This document shows, piece by piece, positions 53,230-62,088 of a stretch of 64,000 bases of DNA. The first letter of the stretch is position 1. Every line of letters starts with the position of its first letter. The notes under the pieces were generated by a model that was not told the origin of the DNA, made no database searches, and saw only the letters and a list, made by a program, of their open reading frames with translations. Source of the DNA: Gammaproteobacteria bacterium. Its GTDB lineage: Bacteria; Pseudomonadota; Gammaproteobacteria; Eutrophobiales; Eutrophobiaceae. The DNA lies in contig CBDCDS010000003.1 of assembly GCA_965215365.1 (NCBI GenBank), forward strand, positions 1,088,001-1,152,000. Reading direction: 5' to 3'. The position numbers were made by a program, and so were the translations under genes.

Positions 53230-54504
53230 TCAAGGTGACCCACGGCTGGAAAAGTTTGCCACATCTTCTAGGTAATTTACAAAATTCTGGTAAATTATCT
53301 CGGCCTCGAAACGGCTTTTAAACAGGTTTAGAGCATTCTTGGAAAGTGTTTCCCTAGTCGATGGAGATTCAATGAGGCTGGTAATGCACTGTAACAACTC
53401 AGTGGCAGAATTATAGGTGTAGCCGCAATTATGTTGCTCAATAAGCTCTTTTGATATGCCCTGCAACCAGGAAATAACCGGCAAGCCACTACTGATATAC
53501 TCAAAAAATTTGTTGGACAGTGAATTCTGATAATCTTCGCGCCTTGCCACAGGTTGAATGCCCGCCAGACTGTGCTGCCTGAGCCAGTACAGATTATCGT
53601 GATCAATCTCACCCGGCAGAATAATATTGCCGCAACCTTCTGCCATACCGGTAACTTTATCTCTGTGCTGCCCACTGCCGCAGAATACAAACTTTACCCG
53701 CGGATGTGTCCGTTGCAAGGCTCTGGCTGCCTGTATTACAGGCTCAAACACTGAGGATATGGTGCTGTTCAATCTACCGGCGAAGTAAATGATCACGTCG
53801 TCATAAAAATTTACCTGTTGTTCCCGCCAGAACTTTGCAGAGATACTTTCATCAAGTTTCGTTGCTGTGGATTGGAAGCCCAGCTCAAACACGCAATCAA
53901 GCGAGCCTGCTTTCCGCTCAGCATAGCTCAACAGGTAATCCAGAAAAAAATCCGTGATACCAACCAGACCGGTTGCTGCTCTGCAAGCAAAACGCAGATC
54001 TTTCCTCATCAATGCTATGACGGGGCTTGCCAGCAGTGCCTTTGCTCCGGTCAGTTCGGTGGCTATGATGTCAGGCCACATATCCCTAGCATCCAGCACC
54101 AGTGGCACCTTGAATTGTCTCGCAAGCAAGGCGCAGGCCTTAGCTATTGACGGAGTTGGCATGGCGCTAACAATAAGGTCAGGTTTGTTTTGGTCGGCAG
54201 CTTTGACTGCCAGTTTATGGAACTTGTGGTAAAGCAATTGGTTATTCAACAGGCGCCTGAGTGAAACCGGTTTTTGGTAACTCACAGATGTATGCACGAA
54301 CCTGATGTCGTAGCCCGACTTATATTTGACCGTATGGTCTTTGCCGAACCTTTGCATCTTGGCAAGATGGTCGTAGTCCGAGCACCAACGCGTCACGCGA
54401 TGGCCCTTGCTGTGCAGTGCATCGGCCAGCATGGACATTCTGTAGGGTCGAAACACAGGGTCGGTCGGAACCTGTTCCTCTAGCTTTACCAGCCAGACAT
54501 ACAT
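53230..54504 (-). CDS. GT4-like glycosyltransferase
   Basis: DARDMWPD, YFAGR, NKFFEYISSGLPVI. Confidence 0.88.
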   Translation of the reverse strand: MYVWLVKLEEQVPTDPVFRPYRMSMLADALHSKGHRVTRWCSDYDHLAKMQRFGKDHTVKYKSGYDIRFVHTSVSYQKPVSLRRLLNNQLLYHKFHKLAVKAADQNKPDLIVSAMPTPSIAKACALLARQFKVPLVLDARDMWPDIIATELTGAKALLASPVIALMRKDLRFACRAATGLVGITDFFLDYLLSYAERKAGSLDCVFELGFQSTATKLDESISAKFWREQQVNFYDDVIIYFAGRLNSTISSVFEPVIQAARALQRTHPRVKFVFCGSGQHRDKVTGMAEGCGNIILPGEIDHDNLYWLRQHSLAGIQPVARREDYQNSLSNKFFEYISSGLPVISWLQGISKELIEQHNCGYTYNSATELLQCITSLIESPSTRETLSKNALNLFKSRFEAEIIYQNFVNYLEDVANFSSRGSP

Positions 54505-54507
54505 GGG

Positions 54508-55623
54508 CTAGCAATCGTTTCGGCTTTCGCCAAAATATGTCCTGATACTGCTTATTACATACTGCACATTGTCGTCCGTCAGCTGTTCTCCCATAGGTAA
54601 ACTTAACAGCTGTGAGTCAGTGTGATTACAGAATGTATCCGCAGCTGCCTGTCCCAGATAGCGATAGGCCTCAAGTTTTGCCAGGGCCACCGGGTAGTGG
54701 ATGCCAGTTTGAATGCCTTTTTCATACAGATATGATTTCAGCCCGTCACGGTCTCCAACCCGGATGACAAACAAGTGATAAACATGCCGGCTCCACTGCG
54801 CTGCAACGGGCAGGATGCAGCCCGGGATATGGGCAAGCCCGCTTGCATACTGCCTAGCGATCTCGATCCTGCGCTCGGTCCAGCGCTCAAGATGTTGTAG
54901 TTTTACTGATAATACAGCAGCCTGAAGCCCATCCAGCCTGGAATTCCTGCCTTCAAATTCGTGGTTGAATTTGGAACTTCGCCCATGGTTGGCAATTTTT
55001 CTCAATTTGCCCGCCAGTGTTTCGTCCTTAACGGTGATGGCGCCAGCATCGCCATAAGCGCCCAGATTTTTGCCGGGATAAAAACTGAAGGCGCCGAAAT
55101 GCCCCATTGAGCCGACTTTCCGGCCCTTGTACTCAGCCCCATGAGCTTGCGCACAATCTTCAATTACCGCCAGATGATGTTTGTCTGCCAATTCCATAAT
55201 CGGGTCCATATCACACGGATGACCGTACAGGTGTACAGCGAGTATCGCCCCTGTTTTCGCGTTCAGGTGGGGTTCTGCGGTTTCGGCGCTGATAGTATAT
55301 GTGTCAGGGTCAACATCTGCGAACCTGACCGTATGATTGGTACGAGTAACCGCCTCGGCGCTGGCAATAAACGTATTGCCGGGGACGATAACCTCGCTAC
55401 ATGGGGGTAAATCGGCGGCTTGCAGTGCTATTTCGATGGCATCTGTGCCATTGCCAACCCCGATACAGTAGTTACTTTCACAATAGTCAGCAAACGCGGC
55501 TTCAAACTCTGCCAGTTTCTCACCACCGATAAATTCTGCTTTTTCAATGACTTCGAATACTGCTGCGTCTATTGCTGCTTTAATACTATGGTATTGAGCG
55601 GTCAGATCCAGGAATTTAATCAT
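54508..55623 (-). CDS. DegT/DnrJ/EryC1 sugar aminotransferase
   Basis: GNGTDA, VHLYG, EDCAQAHG, SFYPGKNLGAYGDAG, NSRLD. Confidence 0.95.
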   Translation of the reverse strand: MIKFLDLTAQYHSIKAAIDAAVFEVIEKAEFIGGEKLAEFEAAFADYCESNYCIGVGNGTDAIEIALQAADLPPCSEVIVPGNTFIASAEAVTRTNHTVRFADVDPDTYTISAETAEPHLNAKTGAILAVHLYGHPCDMDPIMELADKHHLAVIEDCAQAHGAEYKGRKVGSMGHFGAFSFYPGKNLGAYGDAGAITVKDETLAGKLRKIANHGRSSKFNHEFEGRNSRLDGLQAAVLSVKLQHLERWTERRIEIARQYASGLAHIPGCILPVAAQWSRHVYHLFVIRVGDRDGLKSYLYEKGIQTGIHYPVALAKLEAYRYLGQAAADTFCNHTDSQLLSLPMGEQLTDDNVQYVISSIRTYFGESRNDC

Positions 55624-55693
55624 CCAATTTCCGTCTCAATGCCGCTGGGTTGCGTCCATGGATGGATGCAATGAGGGAAATGAAAAATCATAC

Positions 55694-55745
55694 TTTTTCA
55701 TTTCCGTCTCTAAAAATACCACGGAGGGTATTTTTAGAGGTTCCC
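55694..55745. repeat. Family B palindrome
   Basis: TTTTTCATTTCCGTCTCTAAAAATACCACGGAGGGTATTTTTAGAGGTTCCC; both ends are shared with 9620-9742. Confidence 0.8.
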
Positions 55746-55791
55746 ATAAGTACTGGCGATAGCGATATTTTTCGATGCAGGGTATGTACTG

Positions 55792-56859
55792 TCATTTGCC
55801 CAAACGACACTTTGCAGGTGCAAAACGCAATTTTATTTCCTTGGATGTTTCAACGGATTCGTAGATTGCAGTGATCAGTTCTAGGCTGCGCCTGCCTTCA
55901 AGTCCGTCAACCAGATGCTGTTTCTGGTTGATGATAGCATCGACAACATGCTTGTAATAGGCCTTGTGACCAAATCCGTAAACATCAGGCGGGTTTACCG
56001 AATACTTTTCAACGACTTCGTGATCTTCGGCAGTTGCCTCAACAAACTCCCAGGTTTTCAACTGGTTAACCGCAAAACCACCAATTTCCACGCTACCCCG
56101 CTCGCCTAGTATGGATAATGAGCCTTCCAGATCTTTTGGCCTTGTGGCTGTGGTAGCTTCGATCAGGCCCAGTGCGCCATTGTTAAATCTCAGGGCGACG
56201 ACAGCCGTATCTTCCGCCTCAATATCAACCAGTGCCGTGGCGCTCATGGCAAAGACACTCTCTACATCCCCCATCATCCACTCAAGCAGGTCTATGTGGT
56301 GGCTCGCCTGGTTTGTCAACACACCGCCATCCAGGGCCCAGGTGCCACGCCATTGATCCTGATCGTAGTAGGACTGCGCCCGGCACCAGCGCACTCGCGC
56401 CGTTCCCAGTACCAGTTTGCCGAAGCGGCCGGCCTCCAGCGCCTCACGGGTCTTTACAACAGGTACATTAAACCGGTTTTGTTTGACAACAAACAGCTTG
56501 CAGCCAGATGAATCACAAGCCGTTATCATGGCATCGGCATCGTCCAGGGTCAAAGCCATGGGTTTTTCGACGATGATATGTTTGCCATAGCGCGCCAGAT
56601 CAATGACATGTTGTGCGTGCCGGCCACTTTCCGTTAACACAACAACAACGTCGATCTCCTCAGACTGCATCATGTCATGCATATTCTCATAGGCCGGCAC
56701 GTTGAATTGACCAGCTGTTTTCATCGCTTTGGCAAGCGTAGTGTCACAAACGGCAGCCAGACTGGCGCCGTCAATTTGATGGTGGCCCAACAGTTCGGAA
56801 TGGCGCTTAGCTATTCTGCCACAGCCAACTAGGGCAAATGTGAGAGTATCTTTTTTCAC
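55792..56859 (-). CDS. Gfo/Idh/MocA oxidoreductase (WlbA/WbpB-like sugar 3-dehydrogenase)
   Basis: VGCGRIA, VEKPMA, VVKQNRFN, WRGTW..DGGVLTNQASH; GTG start at 56859 (the ORF extends to 56901). Confidence 0.92.
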   Translation of the reverse strand: MKKDTLTFALVGCGRIAKRHSELLGHHQIDGASLAAVCDTTLAKAMKTAGQFNVPAYENMHDMMQSEEIDVVVVLTESGRHAQHVIDLARYGKHIIVEKPMALTLDDADAMITACDSSGCKLFVVKQNRFNVPVVKTREALEAGRFGKLVLGTARVRWCRAQSYYDQDQWRGTWALDGGVLTNQASHHIDLLEWMMGDVESVFAMSATALVDIEAEDTAVVALRFNNGALGLIEATTATRPKDLEGSLSILGERGSVEIGGFAVNQLKTWEFVEATAEDHEVVEKYSVNPPDVYGFGHKAYYKHVVDAIINQKQHLVDGLEGRRSLELITAIYESVETSKEIKLRFAPAKCRLGK

Positions 56860-57080
56860 AGCTATAAATTTAACGAATTTGGACAGCGCAGCTGGCCCCA
56901 TCGGGGCAAACTACACGGATGTAGTTTGCAAATCGTCTATCCTGACGATTTGTCATTTTCAAGCACTTACGTGCTTGCTGTTACTGGCAGCATATCCTTA
57001 TGCTGCACGGGTGCTTCTAATCGCACTGGCGACGCATTATATAATGATCCTGGGTACGGACATAGAATTCGATTCAGGTC

Positions 57081-57166
57081 GCAGCAGGGTGACGGCAACC
57101 TTCTTGGATTTGCAGGCAGAGTCAGGGGGGGGGCGGAAACTTGATGCCTCTCTTAACTTGCCTTCA
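57081..57166 (+). pseudogene. C-terminal-region remnant of an Uma2-family gene
   Basis: RVTATFLDLQAESGGGRKLDASLNLPS aligns with MTVTFLDLQAESKPMEIDMSLNLPD of 59012-59803. Confidence 0.75.
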
Positions 57167-57501
57167 GAGTATCTCCCGACTTCAACATGCCCATGCCAAA
57201 GGGGGTGGCTTGTAGGAGGTCACCAACCGGATGTCAAACCACCCCCTTGGCGCCCGCAGGCTGTCCTTGATCCGTGGCCACGGCCAATGGAAACCGGGCC
57301 CGCCTGCGGGCATGCAGGCAATCAGCAGTTCCAATTCCTTGCAGCTGATCCACCAGCCCCGGTTGCAGTTGCCAGGTGCAACCACTGGGCCCGTGACCTT
57401 GTTCCCTCAGGCAGTGGTGATTCTATCTGTTTCGGATAACCTGAAAAGCAAAAAATCATCAAAAATGTGGGAAAACTCACATTTTTGCGAAAAAAGATGG
57501 C
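57167..57501. repeat. Conserved structured non-coding element, copy 1 (candidate ncRNA/promoter cassette)
   Basis: 335 bp; one visible mismatch versus copy 3; five IR stems; CRP-like box at 57463-57484. Confidence 0.9.
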
Positions 57502-57602
57502 TATTGTGCGCAGCTTCGGCTCCGACAAGACAACAGGGTATCCATTTGTTCGCCGTTCACCACCTAAAGAACTAACCCGCAGATCTCACCCCTTGTCATT
57601 TC

Positions 57603-57611
57603 TGGTATACT
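57603..57611 (+). promoter_or_regulatory. Extended -10 promoter of the Uma2 gene (equivalents at 58967-58975 and 60316-60324)
   Basis: TGGTATACT / TGCTACAAT / TGCTATACT, each after GTCATTTC and 33-36 nt before the ATG. Confidence 0.65.
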
Positions 57612-57644
57612 CGGCGCAGGTTTTGTTAAAAGTGCGGCGGCCAC

Positions 57645-58463
57645 ATGAATAGCGTTACGGCATTATCGTCTAATCCTTTTTTGCACAGCATCGAAGACAG
57701 GCTGCGCGAGCAACTGAAGGAAACAAAACAGACTTCACTGGGGTCGGAGTATGTGGCGTTTCATGCCAGCCGGGACGATGTGGTTGCCTTGGCTGCATCA
57801 GATATGGTGAATACCTTCCGGCGTGTGGTGCTTGATCCGGTACGGGAACTGGTGGTGCTGATGGCGCCAAGTGGAAGGCACGAGTGGATTTCAGGCGATA
57901 TAGATCGTTTTGCCAGCAGTGTGTGTACCTTGAAGGGGATTAAGATGGAACAGCTGAGGGCCACCCGCTGGCGCCGGGAGAGCGATCCGAAGAACACCGG
58001 CAATGAAGCGGATTGCAGTTTTTATTTCGGCGAAAAAGCGCTTGGTTATGTTGCGGCGCGTGCGCGGAGTGAGGATGAGGATGATGCATATACGTTTCGA
58101 GTGCCGCCGGACCTGGTGGTGGAGATAGGGCTGACCCATGTATCGAAGGAGAAATATCTGAGTTACCGGGACAAGGGCGTAGCCGAATTCTGGCAGTTGA
58201 ATGCGCACCCGCGCAAACAGGGCGGAAGCATGGTAACGGTCGCCTTTCTGGATTTACAGGCACAGCCGAGGCCATTGAAAATTGACACATCACTTAATTT
58301 GCCTAGTGTCACTCCGGTGCACGTTAGCAGGTTTTTTCGCCTGCGGTCTGGAAAATTGCTGGATCATTATGAGGTTATCGAAGCAGTTCGCGCGCTCCTT
58401 GAAGATGACAACAGCGGCATGATGGTTCGTGAGGAAGCCGAAGAATATGAACTTGCAAACTGA
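57645..58463 (+). CDS. Uma2/DUF820-family PD-(D/E)XK endonuclease-like protein
   Basis: MAPS..HE, EADCSFY, PPDLVVEI, Y...GV.EFW. Confidence 0.85.
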   Translation: MNSVTALSSNPFLHSIEDRLREQLKETKQTSLGSEYVAFHASRDDVVALAASDMVNTFRRVVLDPVRELVVLMAPSGRHEWISGDIDRFASSVCTLKGIKMEQLRATRWRRESDPKNTGNEADCSFYFGEKALGYVAARARSEDEDDAYTFRVPPDLVVEIGLTHVSKEKYLSYRDKGVAEFWQLNAHPRKQGGSMVTVAFLDLQAQPRPLKIDTSLNLPSVTPVHVSRFFRLRSGKLLDHYEVIEAVRALLEDDNSGMMVREEAEEYELAN

Positions 58464-58546
58464 AGCAAGGACTTACTCATAATACCTAGTCAGTCCTCCG
58501 GCAGCCGCGTTCACTGTCAGTAACAGCCACGATTTTTACCCATTCG

Positions 58547-58872
58547 GGGTATCTCCCGACTTCAACATGCCCATGCCAAAGGGGGTGGCTTGTAGGAGGT
58601 CACCAACCGGATGTCAAACCACCCCCTTGGCGCCCGCAGGCTGTCCTTGATCCGTGGCCACGGCCAATGGAAACCGGGCCCGCCTGCGGGCATGCAGGCA
58701 ATCAGCAGTTCCAGCTGATCCACCAGCCCCGGTTGCAGTTGTCAGGTGCAACCACTGGGCTCGTGACCTTGTTTCCCTCAGGCAATGACGATTCTATCGG
58801 TTTCGGATATCCTGAAAAGCAAAAAATCATCAAAAATGTGGGAAAACTCACATTTTTGTGAAAAAAGATGGC
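58547..58872. repeat. Conserved structured non-coding element, copy 2
   Basis: 326 bp; 10-nt loop deletion, 1-nt insertion and a few substitutions; CRP-like box at 58834-58855. Confidence 0.9.
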
Positions 58873-59011
58873 TATTATGTGCAGCTTCGGCTCCAACGGG
58901 ACAACAGGGCATCCATTTGTTCGCCGTTCATCGCATCAAGAATCGAATTCGTCCCCCGGTCATTTCTGCTACAATTAACGCAGGTTTAATTCAAGGTATG
59001 GGGACGGCGAT

Positions 59012-59803
59012 ATGAACAGTGTTACGGCCTTGCCTGCCAATCTTCTTTTGCAGGACAGGGAAGTTAAAAGTACATCTTTAGGGTCTGGATACGTCGCGTT
59101 TCATGCCAGCCGGGATGAGGTGGTTGCCTTGGCGGCCTCAGACCTGGTGAATACGTTCCGGCGGGTGGTACTCGATCCGGTGCGTGGCCTGGTGATGCTG
59201 ATGTCGCCGAGTGCCGGGCATGATGATGTTTCGGGGGTAATAGATGATTTTGTCGGCAGCGTTACCACCTTGAAGAAAATTAAGACAAAAAAACTGCGTG
59301 CTACCCGCTGGCGTCAGGAGAATGAACCGAAGAACACCGGTAATGAAGCAGATTGCAGTTTTTACTTTGGTGACAAGGCTCGGGGTTTCGCAAAAGCGAG
59401 TTCGATGAGTATTGAGGAAGGCGATGCTTACTCGTTCAAGGTGCCGCCAGACCTGGTGGTTGAGGTTGGGCTTACCCATGTATCAAAGCAGAAGTACCTG
59501 AGTTATCGGGACAAGGGAGTGGTCGAGCTCTGGCAGTTGAATGCCCGTTCTCACAGGCAGGGTCACAGGATAATGACAGTGACCTTTTTGGATTTGCAGG
59601 CGGAGTCGAAGCCGATGGAAATTGACATGTCACTTAATCTTCCCGATGTCACGCCTGCTCACGTTGCCAGGTTCATACGAGAACAGTCTGGAAAATTACT
59701 GGATCATTATGAGGTTATCGAAGCAGTTCGCGCACTCCTTGAAGATGACAACAGCGGCATGATGGTTCGTGAGGAAGCCGAAGAGTACGAGGCCGCAAGC
59801 TGA
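59012..59803 (+). CDS. Uma2/DUF820-family endonuclease-like protein, diverged paralogue
   Basis: MSPS..HD, EADCSFY, PPDLVVEV, Y...GV.ELW. Confidence 0.85.
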   Translation: MNSVTALPANLLLQDREVKSTSLGSGYVAFHASRDEVVALAASDLVNTFRRVVLDPVRGLVMLMSPSAGHDDVSGVIDDFVGSVTTLKKIKTKKLRATRWRQENEPKNTGNEADCSFYFGDKARGFAKASSMSIEEGDAYSFKVPPDLVVEVGLTHVSKQKYLSYRDKGVVELWQLNARSHRQGHRIMTVTFLDLQAESKPMEIDMSLNLPDVTPAHVARFIREQSGKLLDHYEVIEAVRALLEDDNSGMMVREEAEEYEAAS

Positions 59804-59886
59804 AGCAAGGGCTTACCTGTAATGTCTGGCAGGTCCTACGGCAGCCACGCTTGCCGGGAATGATAGCCAGGATTTTTATTGCCTCG

Positions 59887-60221
59887 GAGTATCTCCCGAC
59901 TTCAACATGCCCATGCCAAAGGGGGTGGCTTGTAGGAGGTCACCAACCGGATGTCAAACCACCCCCTTGGCGCCCGCAGGCTGTCCTTGATCCGTGGCCA
60001 CGGCCAATGGAAACCGGGCCCGCCTGCGGGCATGCAGGCAATCAGCAGTTCCAATTCCTTGCAGCTGATCCACCAGCCCCGGTTGCAGTTGCCAGGTGCA
60101 ACCACTGGGCCCGTGACCTTGTTCCCTCAGGCAGTGGTGATTCTATCTGTTTCGGATAACCTGAAAAGCAAAAAATCATCAAAAATGTGGGAAAACTCAC
60201 ATTTTTGTGAAAAAAGATGGC
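59887..60221. repeat. Conserved structured non-coding element, copy 3
   Basis: 335 bp; CRP-like box at 60183-60204. Confidence 0.9.
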
Positions 60222-60360
60222 AGTCGCGCGCAGTTTTGCTCTTCAACAGGGCGAGAAGGCATCTGTTTGTTCGCCATTCACCGCCTGAAGAACCTGAAGC
60301 GCCGCTTGTCATTTCTGCTATACTCAACCTAGGTTTTATGCAAACTACGACGGCAGCTAC

Positions 60361-60576
60361 ATGAACAGCGTTACGGCGTTATCGGCTAATCCTTTTTTGC
60401 GCAGCATCGAAGACAGGCTACGTGAGCGACTGGGGGACATGCAATGCACTGCCTTTGGCTCGGAGTACGTTGCGTTCCATGCCAGCCGGGATGAGGCAGT
60501 TCGCAATCTCCTTGAAGACAGGAACAGTGGCATGATGATTCGTGAGGAAGCAGAAGAATACGAACTTGTAAGCTGA
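60361..60576 (+). pseudogene. Uma2 paralogue with in-frame deletion of the entire catalytic core
   Basis: N-terminus (…YVAFHASRDE) is joined to the C-terminus (AVRNLLED.NSGMM.REEAEEYE). Confidence 0.85.
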
Positions 60577-60597
60577 GGCAAGGGCTTACCCATCTGC

Positions 60598-61470
60598 ATG
60601 CATCGTATAGCTATAACAGGAGCGGGCGGATTCATTGGAACGCACTTGAGCAGGCATTTGGACACCCGGGGTTTTAATTTTGTGACCATGAGGAGGACGG
60701 AAAATGATTTCATTTATCCGCCGAACCCGGAGGCATTTGACTCAATTATCCATCTGGCAGCCAGAGCGCATAAGAAAAAAAGCCAAAAGACCAAACTATC
60801 CTATACGTTGAACCTTGCCGAAAAGGCTATCAATTCCAACGTAAGGCAGTTCATCTTTATAAGTTCCATAGGGGTGTTGGGAGAGTTTTCCGGGAGTTCA
60901 CCCTTTAACTCCGATAGCCCATATAATCCTTATAACGATTATTCGATCTCAAAAATGGAGGCGGAAGAAGCGATAAAACGGGTCTTTCATGGTACTGATG
61001 TAAAGTGGACAATTATCAGACCCCCTCTGGTTTATGGCACTGGCGCAAAAGGGAACTTTAGAACGCTCAGTAATTTGGTCCAGAGAGTGCCGATTATGCC
61101 TCTGGGCTCAATCAAAGCAGTACGCTCCTTTTGTTCGGTAAACAATTTATGTGATCTGATTATTAATTGTTTGGGTAATGAGAGATCATATAGCCAGACA
61201 TTTCTTGTCAGTGATGACATTAGTTTAGCTCTGACAGATATGATTAAGATGCTTTACAGGAGTCTGGATAAGTCCTGTTGGCTCGTCCCCGTCCCTTATC
61301 CTCTCATGTATCTGGCGGGTTTGATTACCGGTAAAACTCAGGCCTTGAGAAAACTGAACAGTTCACTGACTCTGGACATCAGTCACACAAAAGAAACCTT
61401 GGGCTGGCGGCCACCTTATGCTATGGAAGCGGAAATCAGAAAGGCATTAAATGATGATCAGGCTGTTTGA
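60598..61470 (+). CDS. NAD-dependent sugar epimerase/reductase (WbpV-like)
   Basis: TGAGGFIG, HLAARAH, YSISK, IRPPLVYG, RSF. Confidence 0.9.
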   Translation: MHRIAITGAGGFIGTHLSRHLDTRGFNFVTMRRTENDFIYPPNPEAFDSIIHLAARAHKKKSQKTKLSYTLNLAEKAINSNVRQFIFISSIGVLGEFSGSSPFNSDSPYNPYNDYSISKMEAEEAIKRVFHGTDVKWTIIRPPLVYGTGAKGNFRTLSNLVQRVPIMPLGSIKAVRSFCSVNNLCDLIINCLGNERSYSQTFLVSDDISLALTDMIKMLYRSLDKSCWLVPVPYPLMYLAGLITGKTQALRKLNSSLTLDISHTKETLGWRPPYAMEAEIRKALNDDQAV

Positions 61471-62017
61471 TATCTTACTATCCATTACTGCCCTGATCTT
61501 GCTGGCACCGTTCATGGTTGTGATTTATCTGTTGATTATGGCCGAAACCAGAGACCCCGTATACGTTCAGGAAAGGGTCGGTTATAAACAACGAGCATTC
61601 ATTCTTTATAAATTTCGCACCATGAAATCCAACACCCCCTCACTGGCTACACATCTGGTCAGTGAGAGTGCTTTGACGGTGACGGGCAGATTGTTGAGAA
61701 AAACCAAATTCGATGAATTGCCGCAACTGATTAACGTACTCAGGGGCGAGATGAGTCTGGTGGGGCCGAGACCATGTTTGTTCAACCAGTCGGAACTTAT
61801 TCTTGCCCGTGACAGGCTTGGGGTTTTCCAGGTGCTGCCTGGCATAACCGGTTTGTCTCAACTCAGAAAGATTGACATGTCCATGCCAGAACTGCTTGCC
61901 AGCTCGGATGCTGAGATGATTAGTGGTTTTTCGCTTGCCAGATATTTCCAATACCTTGTTTTAACAGCATTGGGTCTGGGCGCCGGTGATCGAGTTGATA
62001 AAAATCCCGTTAAGTGA
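61451..62017 (+). CDS. Small monotopic phosphoglycosyl transferase (Bac_transf family)
   Basis: RLFDI, QERVG, KFRTM, DELPQL.NVL.GEMSLVGPRP, PGITG. Confidence 0.93.
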   Translation: MMIRLFDILLSITALILLAPFMVVIYLLIMAETRDPVYVQERVGYKQRAFILYKFRTMKSNTPSLATHLVSESALTVTGRLLRKTKFDELPQLINVLRGEMSLVGPRPCLFNQSELILARDRLGVFQVLPGITGLSQLRKIDMSMPELLASSDAEMISGFSLARYFQYLVLTALGLGAGDRVDKNPVK

Positions 62018-62088
62018 ATCATATTTGATCTTGTTGTAAAGTCATTGCTGCGGACTCCAACATCGAATAAGCAAATTTGCAGGACCTG

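Noticed and set aside
57231-57575. 114/137-aa ORF inside the conserved element, and the 67-aa antisense ORF
   Set aside because: Frameshifted in copy 2, different stop positions between copies, and no motifs. Not called as CDS, though its SD is noted as a finding.
57081-60576. Retron, DGR or group II intron explanation for the structured repeat
   Set aside because: No reverse transcriptase in the window, and no adenine-specific template/variable repeat pattern.
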